Under the pieces are notes generated by a model. That model searched no databases. It saw only the letters and a program-made list of their open reading frames with translations, and was not told the origin of the DNA. From Cyclobacteriaceae bacterium (GTDB lineage Bacteria > Bacteroidota > Bacteroidia > Cytophagales > Cyclobacteriaceae): a stretch of DNA of 64,000 bases. Shown piece after piece: positions 38,386-47,242 of the stretch (positions within the stretch are counted from its first letter, which is position 1; every line of letters begins with the position of its first letter). The stretch spans positions 4,076 through 68,075 of the forward strand of contig DATJJP010000030.1 in NCBI GenBank assembly GCA_035492075.1. The letters are read 5' to 3'. The translations under genes and the position numbers were made by a program.

Positions 38386-39087
38386 CTAAATCTGATTTTT
38401 AATTTGAACTCTTGAATCTTGAATCAAATGTCCGCCTTTCATTTGCAGGATACGCTCCGTTTTTTGGGCAAGCTCAAGGTTGTGGGTCACTAAAACGAGC
38501 GTTGTCTTCTCCTGGCGATTCATTTCGAAGATTAGATCGGTGATCTGTTTGGCGTTCTCCTCGTCGAGATTGCCGGTGGGCTCATCGGCAAACAAGATTT
38601 TAGGTGACGCAATGAATGCCCTGGCAATTGCCACACGTTGCTGTTCACCGCCGGAAAGCTGTGACGGGTAGTGTTGCAACCGGTCCGTCAGCCCTACTCG
38701 ACTTAATAGTTCTTTCGCGCGTGCAGAGATGTTCTTTTCCCCGCGAAGCTCCAGTGGCACCATGACGTTTTCGAGCGCGGTCAACGTAGAAAGAAGTTGG
38801 AAATTCTGAAAAACAAAACCCACAAATTGATTTCGGACGTACGCCCGATCATCTTCGCTCATCGCATTTAACTTGAACCCCATCAGAGAAACTGATCCGC
38901 TCGTAGGTACGTCAAGCCCGGCACATAGGCCAAGTAATGTTGTTTTTCCGCTCCCCGACGGCCCGATGATCGAAAGGCTCGTGCCTTGTTCGGCTTGAAA
39001 GGAAACTTGATCTAGAACCGTTAATTTTTTATCAGCGGAGGAATAGGTTTTCGTCAGCTGTTCCGCTTGCAATACGACTTCGGGCAT
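38386..39087 (-). CDS. ABC transporter ATP-binding protein (LolD/YbbA-like)
   Basis: Walker A GPSGSGKTT, signature LSGGEQQRVAIARA, Walker B ILFADEPTGNLD. Confidence 0.92.
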   Translation of the reverse strand: MPEVVLQAEQLTKTYSSADKKLTVLDQVSFQAEQGTSLSIIGPSGSGKTTLLGLCAGLDVPTSGSVSLMGFKLNAMSEDDRAYVRNQFVGFVFQNFQLLSTLTALENVMVPLELRGEKNISARAKELLSRVGLTDRLQHYPSQLSGGEQQRVAIARAFIASPKILFADEPTGNLDEENAKQITDLIFEMNRQEKTTLVLVTHNLELAQKTERILQMKGGHLIQDSRVQIKNQI

Positions 39088-39151
39088 GCTATAGGTTAAT
39101 CTTTGTTCTTAAAGATAGTCGCAATTCCCTAAAAAATATTGCTCAATTATA

Positions 39152-39925
39152 TCAGCCCTTAATATCCTTTACAAATTTGTGTATTCCGTCGCCTAGGTTC
39201 TTGCTGGCCTTCAACATTTGAATGAAGGCGCTACCAACAATCGCACCTGACGCAAAACGACAGGCTACATCGAAAGCGGCTGCATTGGAGATACCGAAAC
39301 CGATGAGCCATGGGTTTTTCAGTTTCAGCAAACGAAGCTTTTCAAAGTACCCTATCTGTTCATTGGAAAACTCCCCTTTCGCACCTGTCGTGCTTGATGA
39401 CGAGACGGCATAAACAAATCCGCTGGATGCGTGGTCGATGTCTCGGATGCGCGACTCTGCCGTTGTGGGCGAAATCAAGAATATGGCTCGAAGATTCTTT
39501 TTCTCAAAAAAATGTCGGTATTCATTTTCGAATTCTGTCAGGGGAAGATCAGGAAGGATGACACCGTCAACGCCCGCTTTTGCCGCATCTGTGCAGAATT
39601 CCTCGACGCCATATTGAACAACCGGGTTCAAATAACCCATTAAAATGATCGGGAGTTTAACGTCCTTTCTTATTTCTGTCACTTGTTGCAACAGAAGTCT
39701 TACGTTCATCCCATTGTCGAGTGCAGTCTTATTGCTTTCTTGGATGACAGGTCCGTCGGCCACGGGGTCTGAAAAGGGGATTCCAATCTCGATCATGTCA
39801 GCCCCGGCACTTTCCAGTTCTTTGGCGACAAGGACAGTATCGTTCAACTTTGGAAATCCCGCCGTAAAAAATACGGAAAGAATATTTTGTTTTTTCCTCT
39901 TAAACAACTCGTCTATTCGATTCAT
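39152..39925 (-). CDS. trpA: tryptophan synthase alpha chain
   Basis: ADMIEIGIPFSDPVADGPVIQ and GFGIS motifs. Last gene of the trp operon. Confidence 0.95.
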   Translation of the reverse strand: MNRIDELFKRKKQNILSVFFTAGFPKLNDTVLVAKELESAGADMIEIGIPFSDPVADGPVIQESNKTALDNGMNVRLLLQQVTEIRKDVKLPIILMGYLNPVVQYGVEEFCTDAAKAGVDGVILPDLPLTEFENEYRHFFEKKNLRAIFLISPTTAESRIRDIDHASSGFVYAVSSSSTTGAKGEFSNEQIGYFEKLRLLKLKNPWLIGFGISNAAAFDVACRFASGAIVGSAFIQMLKASKNLGDGIHKFVKDIKG

Positions 39926-39994
39926 ATTGATGTTTTAATTCTGCGATATGTTGATTGCGTGTTGAGGTCATCCGTACATTAAGGAAACTGCCAA

Positions 39995-41176
39995 TCAGTA
40001 CTTCCCCCACTTGATATACGTTTCGAGATCTTTGTCGCCTCTTCCCGAAAGGTTTACTACGACGATGTCTTCTTCATTCAACTCGAGTTTGGCGAGCGCG
40101 GCCACGGCATGGGCGCTCTCTATGGCGGGAATGATCCCCTCTAGGCGGCTCAGTTCAATGCCCGCATGCATGGCTTCCTCGTCAGTCGCATTTAAAAACT
40201 GTACACGGCCTGTATCAAACAAATGCGAATGCAGTGGACCAATACCGGGATAATCCAATCCAGCCGAAATAGAATAAGGCTCGATCACTTGTCCATCCGC
40301 CGTTTGCATGAGTAGTGATTTGCTTCCATGAAGTATGCCAATTCGGCCAAGCACGGTCGTCGCCGCAGATTCATTGGTGTCAACTCCTTTACCGGCTGCT
40401 TCCACCCCGATTAAATTGACATGTTCGCTTTCCAGGAAATGGTAAAAAGCACCGGCGGCGTTACTTCCACCTCCAACACAGGCAATCACATAATCGGGAA
40501 ATGGGTTTCCGTTTTCAAGTGTCAGCTGACTTTTTATCTCTTCACTGATGACCGATTGAAATCGTGCGACCATATCGGGGTAAGGATGCGGACCCACGAC
40601 CGACCCAATAATATAGTGTGTATCTGTGGGGTTATTAATCCAGTGGCGCATCGCTTCGTTTGTAGCATCTTTTAAAGTCATGTTTCCCGAAGTTGCCGGG
40701 ATCACTTTTGCGCCTAAAATTCGCATCCGCTCCACGTTGGGTCTCTGGCGGTCCATATCCAATTTTCCCATGTAGACAACACATTCCATCCCCATCAGCG
40801 CGCATACCGTTGCAGTAGCCACGCCATGTTGACCGGCACCCGTTTCAGCAATTATTTTTTGTTTGCCCAGCCTTTTGGCCAATAAAATTTGACCTATCGT
40901 GTTGTTGATTTTGTGCGCCCCCGTGTGGCACAAGTCTTCTCTTTTCAAATAAATCTTCGCCTTGAATTTGTTCGAAAGGCGGTTGGCCGCAAACAACGGG
41001 GTCGGTCGCCCCACGTAGTTGCGGAGCAGATCATCAAACTCTTTTATGAACTCTGCCGACCGGATGATGCTCAAATAATTTTGACGCAGCTCTTCCACAT
41101 TTGGGTAGAGCATTTCTGGAATGAACGCGCCGCCAAACTTGCCGTAGTACCCGCGCTCGTCAACAGTATATTTCAT
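39995..41176 (-). CDS. trpB: tryptophan synthase beta chain
   Basis: [14 protein letters not shown]-lysine context [16 protein letters not shown], and GGGSNAAG. Confidence 0.97.
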   Translation of the reverse strand: MKYTVDERGYYGKFGGAFIPEMLYPNVEELRQNYLSIIRSAEFIKEFDDLLRNYVGRPTPLFAANRLSNKFKAKIYLKREDLCHTGAHKINNTIGQILLAKRLGKQKIIAETGAGQHGVATATVCALMGMECVVYMGKLDMDRQRPNVERMRILGAKVIPATSGNMTLKDATNEAMRHWINNPTDTHYIIGSVVGPHPYPDMVARFQSVISEEIKSQLTLENGNPFPDYVIACVGGGSNAAGAFYHFLESEHVNLIGVEAAGKGVDTNESAATTVLGRIGILHGSKSLLMQTADGQVIEPYSISAGLDYPGIGPLHSHLFDTGRVQFLNATDEEAMHAGIELSRLEGIIPAIESAHAVAALAKLELNEEDIVVVNLSGRGDKDLETYIKWGKY

Positions 41177-41805
41177 GAGGAATAATTTAGTATTTGTAAC
41201 ATCGAACTCAGCACGATTGGGTCTTTCTTTCCTGGTGACGTCTCTGCGCCGCTATTGATATCCAAAGCGAAAAACTTTGCATGTTTTATAGACATTGCTT
41301 GGCTGAAATTCTCGGTGTTGATACCTCCGCTTAGAAAAAATGGAGTTGATCCGTTATAGCCATTTAATAGACTCCAATCGAAACTTTTTCCCGACCCACC
41401 ATACGCGGTCGTTTTGGCATCGAACAGAAAATAATCGGCTGCGTCTTTAAAATCTTTCGTTTGGCGGAAATCAAAATCATTGTCAACCCGAAAAACTTTT
41501 ATCACTTTGATTTTTTTTCTCAATGCCGCACAGAAATGAACGGCCTCATCACCGTGCAGTTGCACAAAATCCAGTTGATGCATCCGCACTAATTCTAAAA
41601 CGCGATCAAGGTTTTCATTAACAAAAACCCCTACCTTCTTAATGTAGCGCGGGAAACCTTTCGGTATTGTAAAATTAGTTCCCACGAATCGGTTTGATTG
41701 ATCATAGAAAATAAAACCCATAAAATCGGGTTGCACCGCAGCAACATCCAAGATATTCGTCGCGTCGCGCATACCACAAACTTTGAGTCTCCGTTTTTCC
41801 ATCAC
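41173..41805 (-). CDS. trpF: phosphoribosylanthranilate isomerase
   Basis: KVCGM...DFMGFIFY...VQLHGDE pattern. ATGA overlap with trpB. Confidence 0.92.
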   Translation of the reverse strand: MMEKRRLKVCGMRDATNILDVAAVQPDFMGFIFYDQSNRFVGTNFTIPKGFPRYIKKVGVFVNENLDRVLELVRMHQLDFVQLHGDEAVHFCAALRKKIKVIKVFRVDNDFDFRQTKDFKDAADYFLFDAKTTAYGGSGKSFDWSLLNGYNGSTPFFLSGGINTENFSQAMSIKHAKFFALDINSGAETSPGKKDPIVLSSMLQILNYSS

Positions 41806-42605
41806 AACAATTCAATAAATTCCTTTGCCGCAAGTTCCGGTCGGTCATGTTTCATAAAATTCTCTCCCATCAAAAATCCTTCGTAGCCAAATTTCCTAAG
41901 TTCTACAACAGCTTCAGGGTAGGCAATTCCGCTTTCGGAAATTTTTATGAATTCGTTCGGGATCAGAGTGGATAGCTCCCTCGATAATCCGAGATTTACT
42001 TCAAATGTTTTCAAGTCGCGGTTGTTGACGCCAACAAGATCGATATTTGAAGACAAGTTCGCCTCTAGTTCCGGAGCTGAATGCACTTCGAGCAACACCT
42101 CTAGATGAAGTGAGCGTGCAAACTTGGCGAGCGTCTGTAATTTCTCTGGAGACAAGCCAGCTGCGATCAGCAGAATTACGTCAGCGCCGATCGACTTGGC
42201 CTCGACCACTTGATACTCGTCAACAATAAAATCCTTTCGGAGGATGGGGCATTGGTTCACGGATCGTGCGCCGATCAAATCAACGTTGCTTCCGCCAAAA
42301 AAATCCTTGTCGGTCAGAACAGACAGGGCCGTGGCCCCCGCAACTACGTATCCTTTTGTCGTTTGAAGCACGTCAGCGTCAGCGTTGATGACTCCCTTAG
42401 AGGGTGATTGCCTCTTAAACTCTGCAATGATTCCCGATCGACTATTTTCCTTGAGTGCCCGCTTCAGAGAAATCACTTGTCTTGAAAAGAAAATACTCTG
42501 TTCCAATAGTTTGACTGGGTAGAGATTTTTTCTTTCTGCTACCTCTTTTTTCTTGTGATGGATGATTTGCTCAAGAATGTCCATTATAAAAATTTCAATG
42601 TTCAA
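41802..42605 (-). CDS. trpC: indole-3-glycerol phosphate synthase
   Basis: IAEFKRQSPSKG, ILRKDFIVDEYQ, LEVH and VGVNNRDL motifs. The start may be MDILEQ (42584). Confidence 0.95.
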   Translation of the reverse strand: MNIEIFIMDILEQIIHHKKKEVAERKNLYPVKLLEQSIFFSRQVISLKRALKENSRSGIIAEFKRQSPSKGVINADADVLQTTKGYVVAGATALSVLTDKDFFGGSNVDLIGARSVNQCPILRKDFIVDEYQVVEAKSIGADVILLIAAGLSPEKLQTLAKFARSLHLEVLLEVHSAPELEANLSSNIDLVGVNNRDLKTFEVNLGLSRELSTLIPNEFIKISESGIAYPEAVVELRKFGYEGFLMGENFMKHDRPELAAKEFIELL

Positions 42606-43584
42606 TCAATCTTTTAAAAGCGGTATATGCCTTTCCCGACTGCAAAGCGTCTTTTGCTTTTCCCAGTGCGTTACCTAAGCCTTCCTTTTGATTTGCACAA
42701 TAAAGGGCCATACCTGCGTTTGCTACCACTACTGCATTTTGCTGTGCAGAACCATTTCCTTTTAGTACCTCAATGAAAATCTTTGCGGACTCGTCCATGG
42801 TACTCCCGCCGGCTAGGTCTGATGGACTAAGCTGCGGCAAGCCCAGTGAAGGGGCTGAACACATTTCTTCACCCCCATTATAAAAATATTTGAAAGGGCT
42901 CGTGAGTGAAATCTCGTCGTACCCCCCCAGGGAATGCAAAATCAGAAACTCCTTTTCCGTTTGCTGATATAGATACCCGTATTGTCGTGCCAATTCCAAG
43001 GAAAATACACCCACCAGTTGACGTTTTGGGAAAGCGGGATTTACCATCGGACCGAGCATATTAAAAAATGTCTTCACTCCTAGTTCTTTTCGAATCGGTG
43101 CTACGTTTTTCATAGCGGGGTGAAAAAGTGGCGCGTGCATAAAACAAATATTGGCCCGCTCAATGCACCGCTTCAACTCCTCCTTGTCGTTGGTGAATTT
43201 ATAACCGAAATACTCGAGAATGTTTGATGATCCTGACAAAGAGGACACGCCATAGTTTCCGTGCTTTGCCACTGGCTGTCCTGCGGCTGCCACTACGAAT
43301 GACGAGAGTGTCGAGATATTGAACGTGTTTTTTGCGTCACCGCCTGTTCCACATACATCCATAACGGGTTCGTCAAATTTCACGGCAATGCAGAGCTCAA
43401 GCATGGCATCACGAAAGCCGGCCAGTTCGTCAACGGTAATGCCGCGCATCATGTAAACCGTCATGAACGCCGACGTCTGACTTGCATTGAATTTCCCCGA
43501 AGCCAGATCGATCAGTACTTCACGCGCTTTTTCCTTTGACAAAGCTTTGTGTTCAATTAATTCTGTTAATACCTCTTTCATCAT
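42595..43584 (-). CDS. trpD: anthranilate phosphoribosyltransferase
   Basis: DVCGTGGDAKNTFNIST and KHGNYGVSSLSGSSN motifs. Confidence 0.95.
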   Translation of the reverse strand: MMKEVLTELIEHKALSKEKAREVLIDLASGKFNASQTSAFMTVYMMRGITVDELAGFRDAMLELCIAVKFDEPVMDVCGTGGDAKNTFNISTLSSFVVAAAGQPVAKHGNYGVSSLSGSSNILEYFGYKFTNDKEELKRCIERANICFMHAPLFHPAMKNVAPIRKELGVKTFFNMLGPMVNPAFPKRQLVGVFSLELARQYGYLYQQTEKEFLILHSLGGYDEISLTSPFKYFYNGGEEMCSAPSLGLPQLSPSDLAGGSTMDESAKIFIEVLKGNGSAQQNAVVVANAGMALYCANQKEGLGNALGKAKDALQSGKAYTAFKRLIEH

Positions 43585-43612
43585 TTTTCAATTCAACGTT
43601 CAACATTTCGAA

Positions 43613-44179
43613 TCAACTTCGCAACCAGTTTTCGATCATCTTCGGTCCTTCCGGGGTCATAACAGATTCGGGGTGGAACTGAAGTCCTTTGACATCATAT
43701 TTTACATGGCGGATCGCCATAACTAATCCCTCTTCATTGGTAGAAGTGACCTTCAGGTCAGAGGGTATACTCTCAGGCAATACCGCCCATGAGTGATAAT
43801 GAGTGGATTGAAATTCACCTGGCACGCTATTGAAAATGATTTCAGAGCGGTCTATGACCAACGATTTCGAGGTCACACCATGTAACACATCGGGAATGTT
43901 GTACAACTTTGCCCCGAACACTTCCGCTATCCCCTGATGACCAAGACAAATACCCAGAATGCTTTTTGATGGCGAATATGTTTTTACGACTTGCTTCATG
44001 ATACCTGCTTCATCAGGGATACCGGGTCCCGGCGACAGCAAGATCTTGTCATAGTTTTTAACTTGATCCAAATCTATCTTATCATTCCTAAAAATATCGG
44101 GTTGATGACCCAACGCCCGAAGGATGTGGACGAGATTGTAAGTAAACGAATCGTAATTATCGAGCACTAGAATTTTCAT
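43613..44179 (-). CDS. trpG: anthranilate synthase component II (glutamine amidotransferase)
   Basis: MKILVLDNYDSFTYNL, catalytic GICLGHQ, and LQFHPES. Start placed at the conserved MKILVLDNYDSF. Confidence 0.95.
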   Translation of the reverse strand: MKILVLDNYDSFTYNLVHILRALGHQPDIFRNDKIDLDQVKNYDKILLSPGPGIPDEAGIMKQVVKTYSPSKSILGICLGHQGIAEVFGAKLYNIPDVLHGVTSKSLVIDRSEIIFNSVPGEFQSTHYHSWAVLPESIPSDLKVTSTNEEGLVMAIRHVKYDVKGLQFHPESVMTPEGPKMIENWLRS

Positions 44180-44210
44180 TTTCAAATCTTTAATCTTCAA
44201 ATTTTCAATC

Positions 44211-45602
44211 TTAAATCGTTTCAGCGGCCCGAATCGCCTTCCGTAATGCTTCCAGCTTATTGTTCACCTCTTGCAGTTCTTTTTCCTTTTCCGATTTCGA
44301 GACAATGCCTGCGCCCGCTTGGTAAATCAACTGGTTGCCTTTGCTCAAAAAAGTCCTGATCATGATCGCTTTGTTCAATGAACCATCGAATCCGATTCCG
44401 CCAATCGCTCCGCCATAATACGTTCTGTTCACATTTTCATACTTACTGATCAAGTTCATCGCCATCACCTTAGGGGCACCTGACAACGTGCCTGCCGGAA
44501 AAGTATCTGCGAACATTTGAACAGTGGACGACTTTTCAGCGAGTTGCCCAGATACTTTCGATACCAAATGAATTACGTGAGAATAATATTGAATCTCCTT
44601 GAAAACCTCCACGGTCACCTGCGCCGCATTTCTGCTCATATCATTCCGCGCCAGGTCGACCAACATCACGTGCTCGGCATTTTCTTTTTCATCAGCGCAC
44701 AGGCGTTCAGCGGTTGCCGCGTCTTCTTGATCGTTACCACTTCTTCTAAACGTGCCCGCAATTGGGTAGATAAATGCTTGCCCATTTTTTACTTGCAGTT
44801 GGGCCTCTGGGGATGAGCCGAAAAGTTTGAAGCTCCCATAATCAAAGTAAAATAAATAAGGAGACGGGTTGATCGATCGAAGGGAACGGTACACATTAAA
44901 CTCATCCCCTTTAAATGATTTTGAAAATCTTCGTGACAGCACCATCTGGAAAACATCTCCGCGAAAGCAGTGTTGTTTTGCCTTTTCCACGGACTCCATG
45001 AACTCTTCGTCGGTGACATTGGATGTTTCAGTATCACTTGCCTGAAATTTGAAGGTAGAAAAACGGTTGCTGAAAATAATTTGTTCCACTTTATCCAATG
45101 TGCTAACGGGGCTTCCAAACCCAAACTCATGCAGTTTCAGTTCATTAAAAAAATGGTCAACGACGATCACGTAGCGATAAAGTTTGTAAATCATGTCAGG
45201 AATTGTTGACGATGAGTTGATCTGGACGTCCTCGAAATAGCGGACGGCGTCGTACGTAGTATAACCAAACAAGCCCAGTGATTTCAGCTTGGAGTCATCG
45301 TCAACAATGAATGCGTTTTTAAAGTCATCAAACAGCGTTACGAGATTGGTTTTGCCTGCGTGAATTTCAAGTTCGCTCCTCTTCCCATCGGGAAACTGGA
45401 TGTTCACCTTTCCTTCGTGAACCTCAAACGAGGCGATTGGATCACAACAAATGAGAGACAAACTGTTCTCTCGACCGTGATAATCGGAGCTTTCCAGTAA
45501 AATGCTCCCGGCGAAAATATCGCGGACTTTAAGGTAGATGTTCACGGGAGTGAGTGTATCGGCCAATAGTTTCTTATAGTGTGTGTCAAGTCTGTATTTC
45601 AT
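44211..45602 (-). CDS. trpE: anthranilate synthase component I
   Basis: LLESS...; chorismate-binding C-terminus PAGTLSGAPKVMAM and YGGAIG. Confidence 0.96.
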   Translation of the reverse strand: MKYRLDTHYKKLLADTLTPVNIYLKVRDIFAGSILLESSDYHGRENSLSLICCDPIASFEVHEGKVNIQFPDGKRSELEIHAGKTNLVTLFDDFKNAFIVDDDSKLKSLGLFGYTTYDAVRYFEDVQINSSSTIPDMIYKLYRYVIVVDHFFNELKLHEFGFGSPVSTLDKVEQIIFSNRFSTFKFQASDTETSNVTDEEFMESVEKAKQHCFRGDVFQMVLSRRFSKSFKGDEFNVYRSLRSINPSPYLFYFDYGSFKLFGSSPEAQLQVKNGQAFIYPIAGTFRRSGNDQEDAATAERLCADEKENAEHVMLVDLARNDMSRNAAQVTVEVFKEIQYYSHVIHLVSKVSGQLAEKSSTVQMFADTFPAGTLSGAPKVMAMNLISKYENVNRTYYGGAIGGIGFDGSLNKAIMIRTFLSKGNQLIYQAGAGIVSKSEKEKELQEVNNKLEALRKAIRAAETI

Positions 45603-45620
45603 GCGAATTCGAAATTTTGG

Positions 45621-45657
45621 TAAAACAAAAAGCCCGCTCGATTTGATCGGGCGGGCT
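45621..45657 (-). terminator. trp attenuator terminator (3:4 hairpin plus U-run)
   Basis: Minus strand reads AGCCCGCCCGAU-caa-AUCGAGCGGGCU (12-bp stem, one C-A mismatch), then UUUUUGUUUU. It ends 18 nt before the trpE ATG. Confidence 0.8.
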
Positions 45658-45683
45658 TTCTCGTTTGAGAATTATTTGTTCTT

Positions 45684-45758
45684 TCAACAAAGCACAGCAC
45701 TGCACCGATCAGTTTTTGATCTGTGCCACCACCATGCGCTGTTTGAAAATTGATTCAT
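45684..45758 (-). CDS. trpL: trp operon leader peptide MNQFSNSAWWWHRSKTDRCSAVLC
   Basis: 24-codon ORF with three consecutive UGG codons (45726-45734), located between the bTHX stop and the attenuator hairpin. Absent from the ORF track because it is under 60 aa. Confidence 0.75.
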   Translation of the reverse strand: MNQFSNSAWWWHRSKTDRCSAVLC

Positions 45759-45760
45759 GT

Positions 45761-45940
45761 TTAGTCTTCTTTCTTCTTTGTTACTTTACGCGCTTTGGGC
45801 TTTGCATCACCCGCTGCTTTAACCGTTTTTTTGCTCGCTGTTCTCTTCAGTCTTGCCTTGATGGCTTTGCGGTTTCTTGAGTTGCCATAAGAGCCCTTTG
45901 AGCGCTTCCCTTTTGTCGATTTTTTGTCTCCTCTTCCCAT
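45761..45940 (-). CDS. 30S ribosomal protein bTHX
   Basis: 59-aa highly basic ORF MGRGDKKSTKGKRSKGSYGNSRNRK... The N-terminus matches the MGKGDxKxxKGK..GSYG pattern of Thx proteins of Thermus and Bacteroidota. Absent from the ORF track, which instead lists a spurious antisense ORF at 45665-45880. Confidence 0.8.
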   Translation of the reverse strand: MGRGDKKSTKGKRSKGSYGNSRNRKAIKARLKRTASKKTVKAAGDAKPKARKVTKKKED

Positions 45941-46002
45941 TAAATGTGAAAATTATGTCGCAAGTATAAGGATGATTTTCGGAGATACAAAAATCGTTTC
46001 AA

Positions 46003-47142
46003 CTATTTTTTGCTAACAACCGCTCGCAAACAAAGCACACCGACGATGGCGGAAATGAGTGAACCAGTGAGTACGGCAACCTTTGAACTGTGTATGAGCT
46101 CCTCATCACCGAACGCCAGCAGTGCTATAAAAATTGACATGGTGAAGCCAATGCCTGCGAGAGTTCCCACGGCAAAAATGTGTTTGAGCTTCAAGGTGTG
46201 GGGCAACACACACCATCCCGCCTTTAGCCCAAGCCAGGAAAACAAAAGTATACCAACGGGCTTCCCCAGTACAAGGCCGATAATTATTCCCAAACTGTTG
46301 CGCGCGGTCTCTTCCGAAAATGTAGTGTGTTGGAACTGTACAGCCGTGTTGGCCAGCGCAAACAGCGGCAGAATGACGAACGTAACAGGCCAGTGAAGCC
46401 GATGCTGTAAGAGAGTAGAAGGTGAGGCCTCATTGCCCGATTTGAAGGGTATGGTAAACGCCAATAAAACGCCTGTAATCGTCGGATGAACTCCCGAACG
46501 TTGCATGCAAAACCACATGACACAACCCGGCAGCACATAAACCCAAAGCGACTGCACAGCTGATCGGTTGAGCGCAATCAGCAGCACGAAAATCCCCAAG
46601 GCAAAACCCAAGTACATCCATGAAATGTCGGAGGAATAGAAAATGGCGATCAGAAGAATGGCTCCGAGGTCGTCGATAATGGCGAGGGCGGTCAGGAATA
46701 TCTTCAGTGAAAGTGGCACGCGGTTGCCGAGCAAAGACAAGACTCCCAGAGAAAATGCAATGTCTGTGGCCATGGGTATTCCGTAGCCGCTTTGCGATGC
46801 AATTCCGTGGTTGAACGCGAAATGAATAGCCGCAGGCGCAAGCATTCCTCCGACAGCAGCCAACATGGGAAGCAACGCACTTTTGATGTGTTTGAGCTCA
46901 CCCACGTAAACCTCCCTTTCAATCTCCAGGCCGACTTGCAAAAAGAAAATGGTCATCAGGCCATCATTAACCCAAAATTCAATTGGCTTTGAGAATAATT
47001 TAAGGTGCCAGAAATGTGAATAGGTGCCATCAAACATGACATTTGCCAAAACCAATGACAGAACCGTGCAACACGCGAGAATGATGCCTCCCGATTTCTC
47101 GCTGTCCAAAAATGCCAGTGAGTGCCGCGCCCAAGTTTTCAT
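46003..47142 (-). CDS. nhaA: Na+/H+ antiporter NhaA
   Basis: FLDSEKSGGIIL N-terminus, LAIIDDLGAILLIA (the DD pair), and 12 TM helices. Start placed at MKTWARHS. Confidence 0.93.
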   Translation of the reverse strand: MKTWARHSLAFLDSEKSGGIILACCTVLSLVLANVMFDGTYSHFWHLKLFSKPIEFWVNDGLMTIFFLQVGLEIEREVYVGELKHIKSALLPMLAAVGGMLAPAAIHFAFNHGIASQSGYGIPMATDIAFSLGVLSLLGNRVPLSLKIFLTALAIIDDLGAILLIAIFYSSDISWMYLGFALGIFVLLIALNRSAVQSLWVYVLPGCVMWFCMQRSGVHPTITGVLLAFTIPFKSGNEASPSTLLQHRLHWPVTFVILPLFALANTAVQFQHTTFSEETARNSLGIIIGLVLGKPVGILLFSWLGLKAGWCVLPHTLKLKHIFAVGTLAGIGFTMSIFIALLAFGDEELIHSSKVAVLTGSLISAIVGVLCLRAVVSKK

Positions 47143-47242
47143 CGAATGATGTTTCTGTTCCAAACGACAAATAACGAGCAACTGCTTTGAGGAAAGAAAA
47201 ATATTTGAGACAATTGTAATCAAGTTCCTCTCCAATCCTGTG

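Noticed and set aside
45665-45880. 71-aa plus-strand ORF from the track
   Set aside because: It is antisense to the bTHX gene and the trp leader. The minus-strand reading gives a recognisable ribosomal protein and a leader peptide. The plus-strand product is Cys/Phe-rich with no features.
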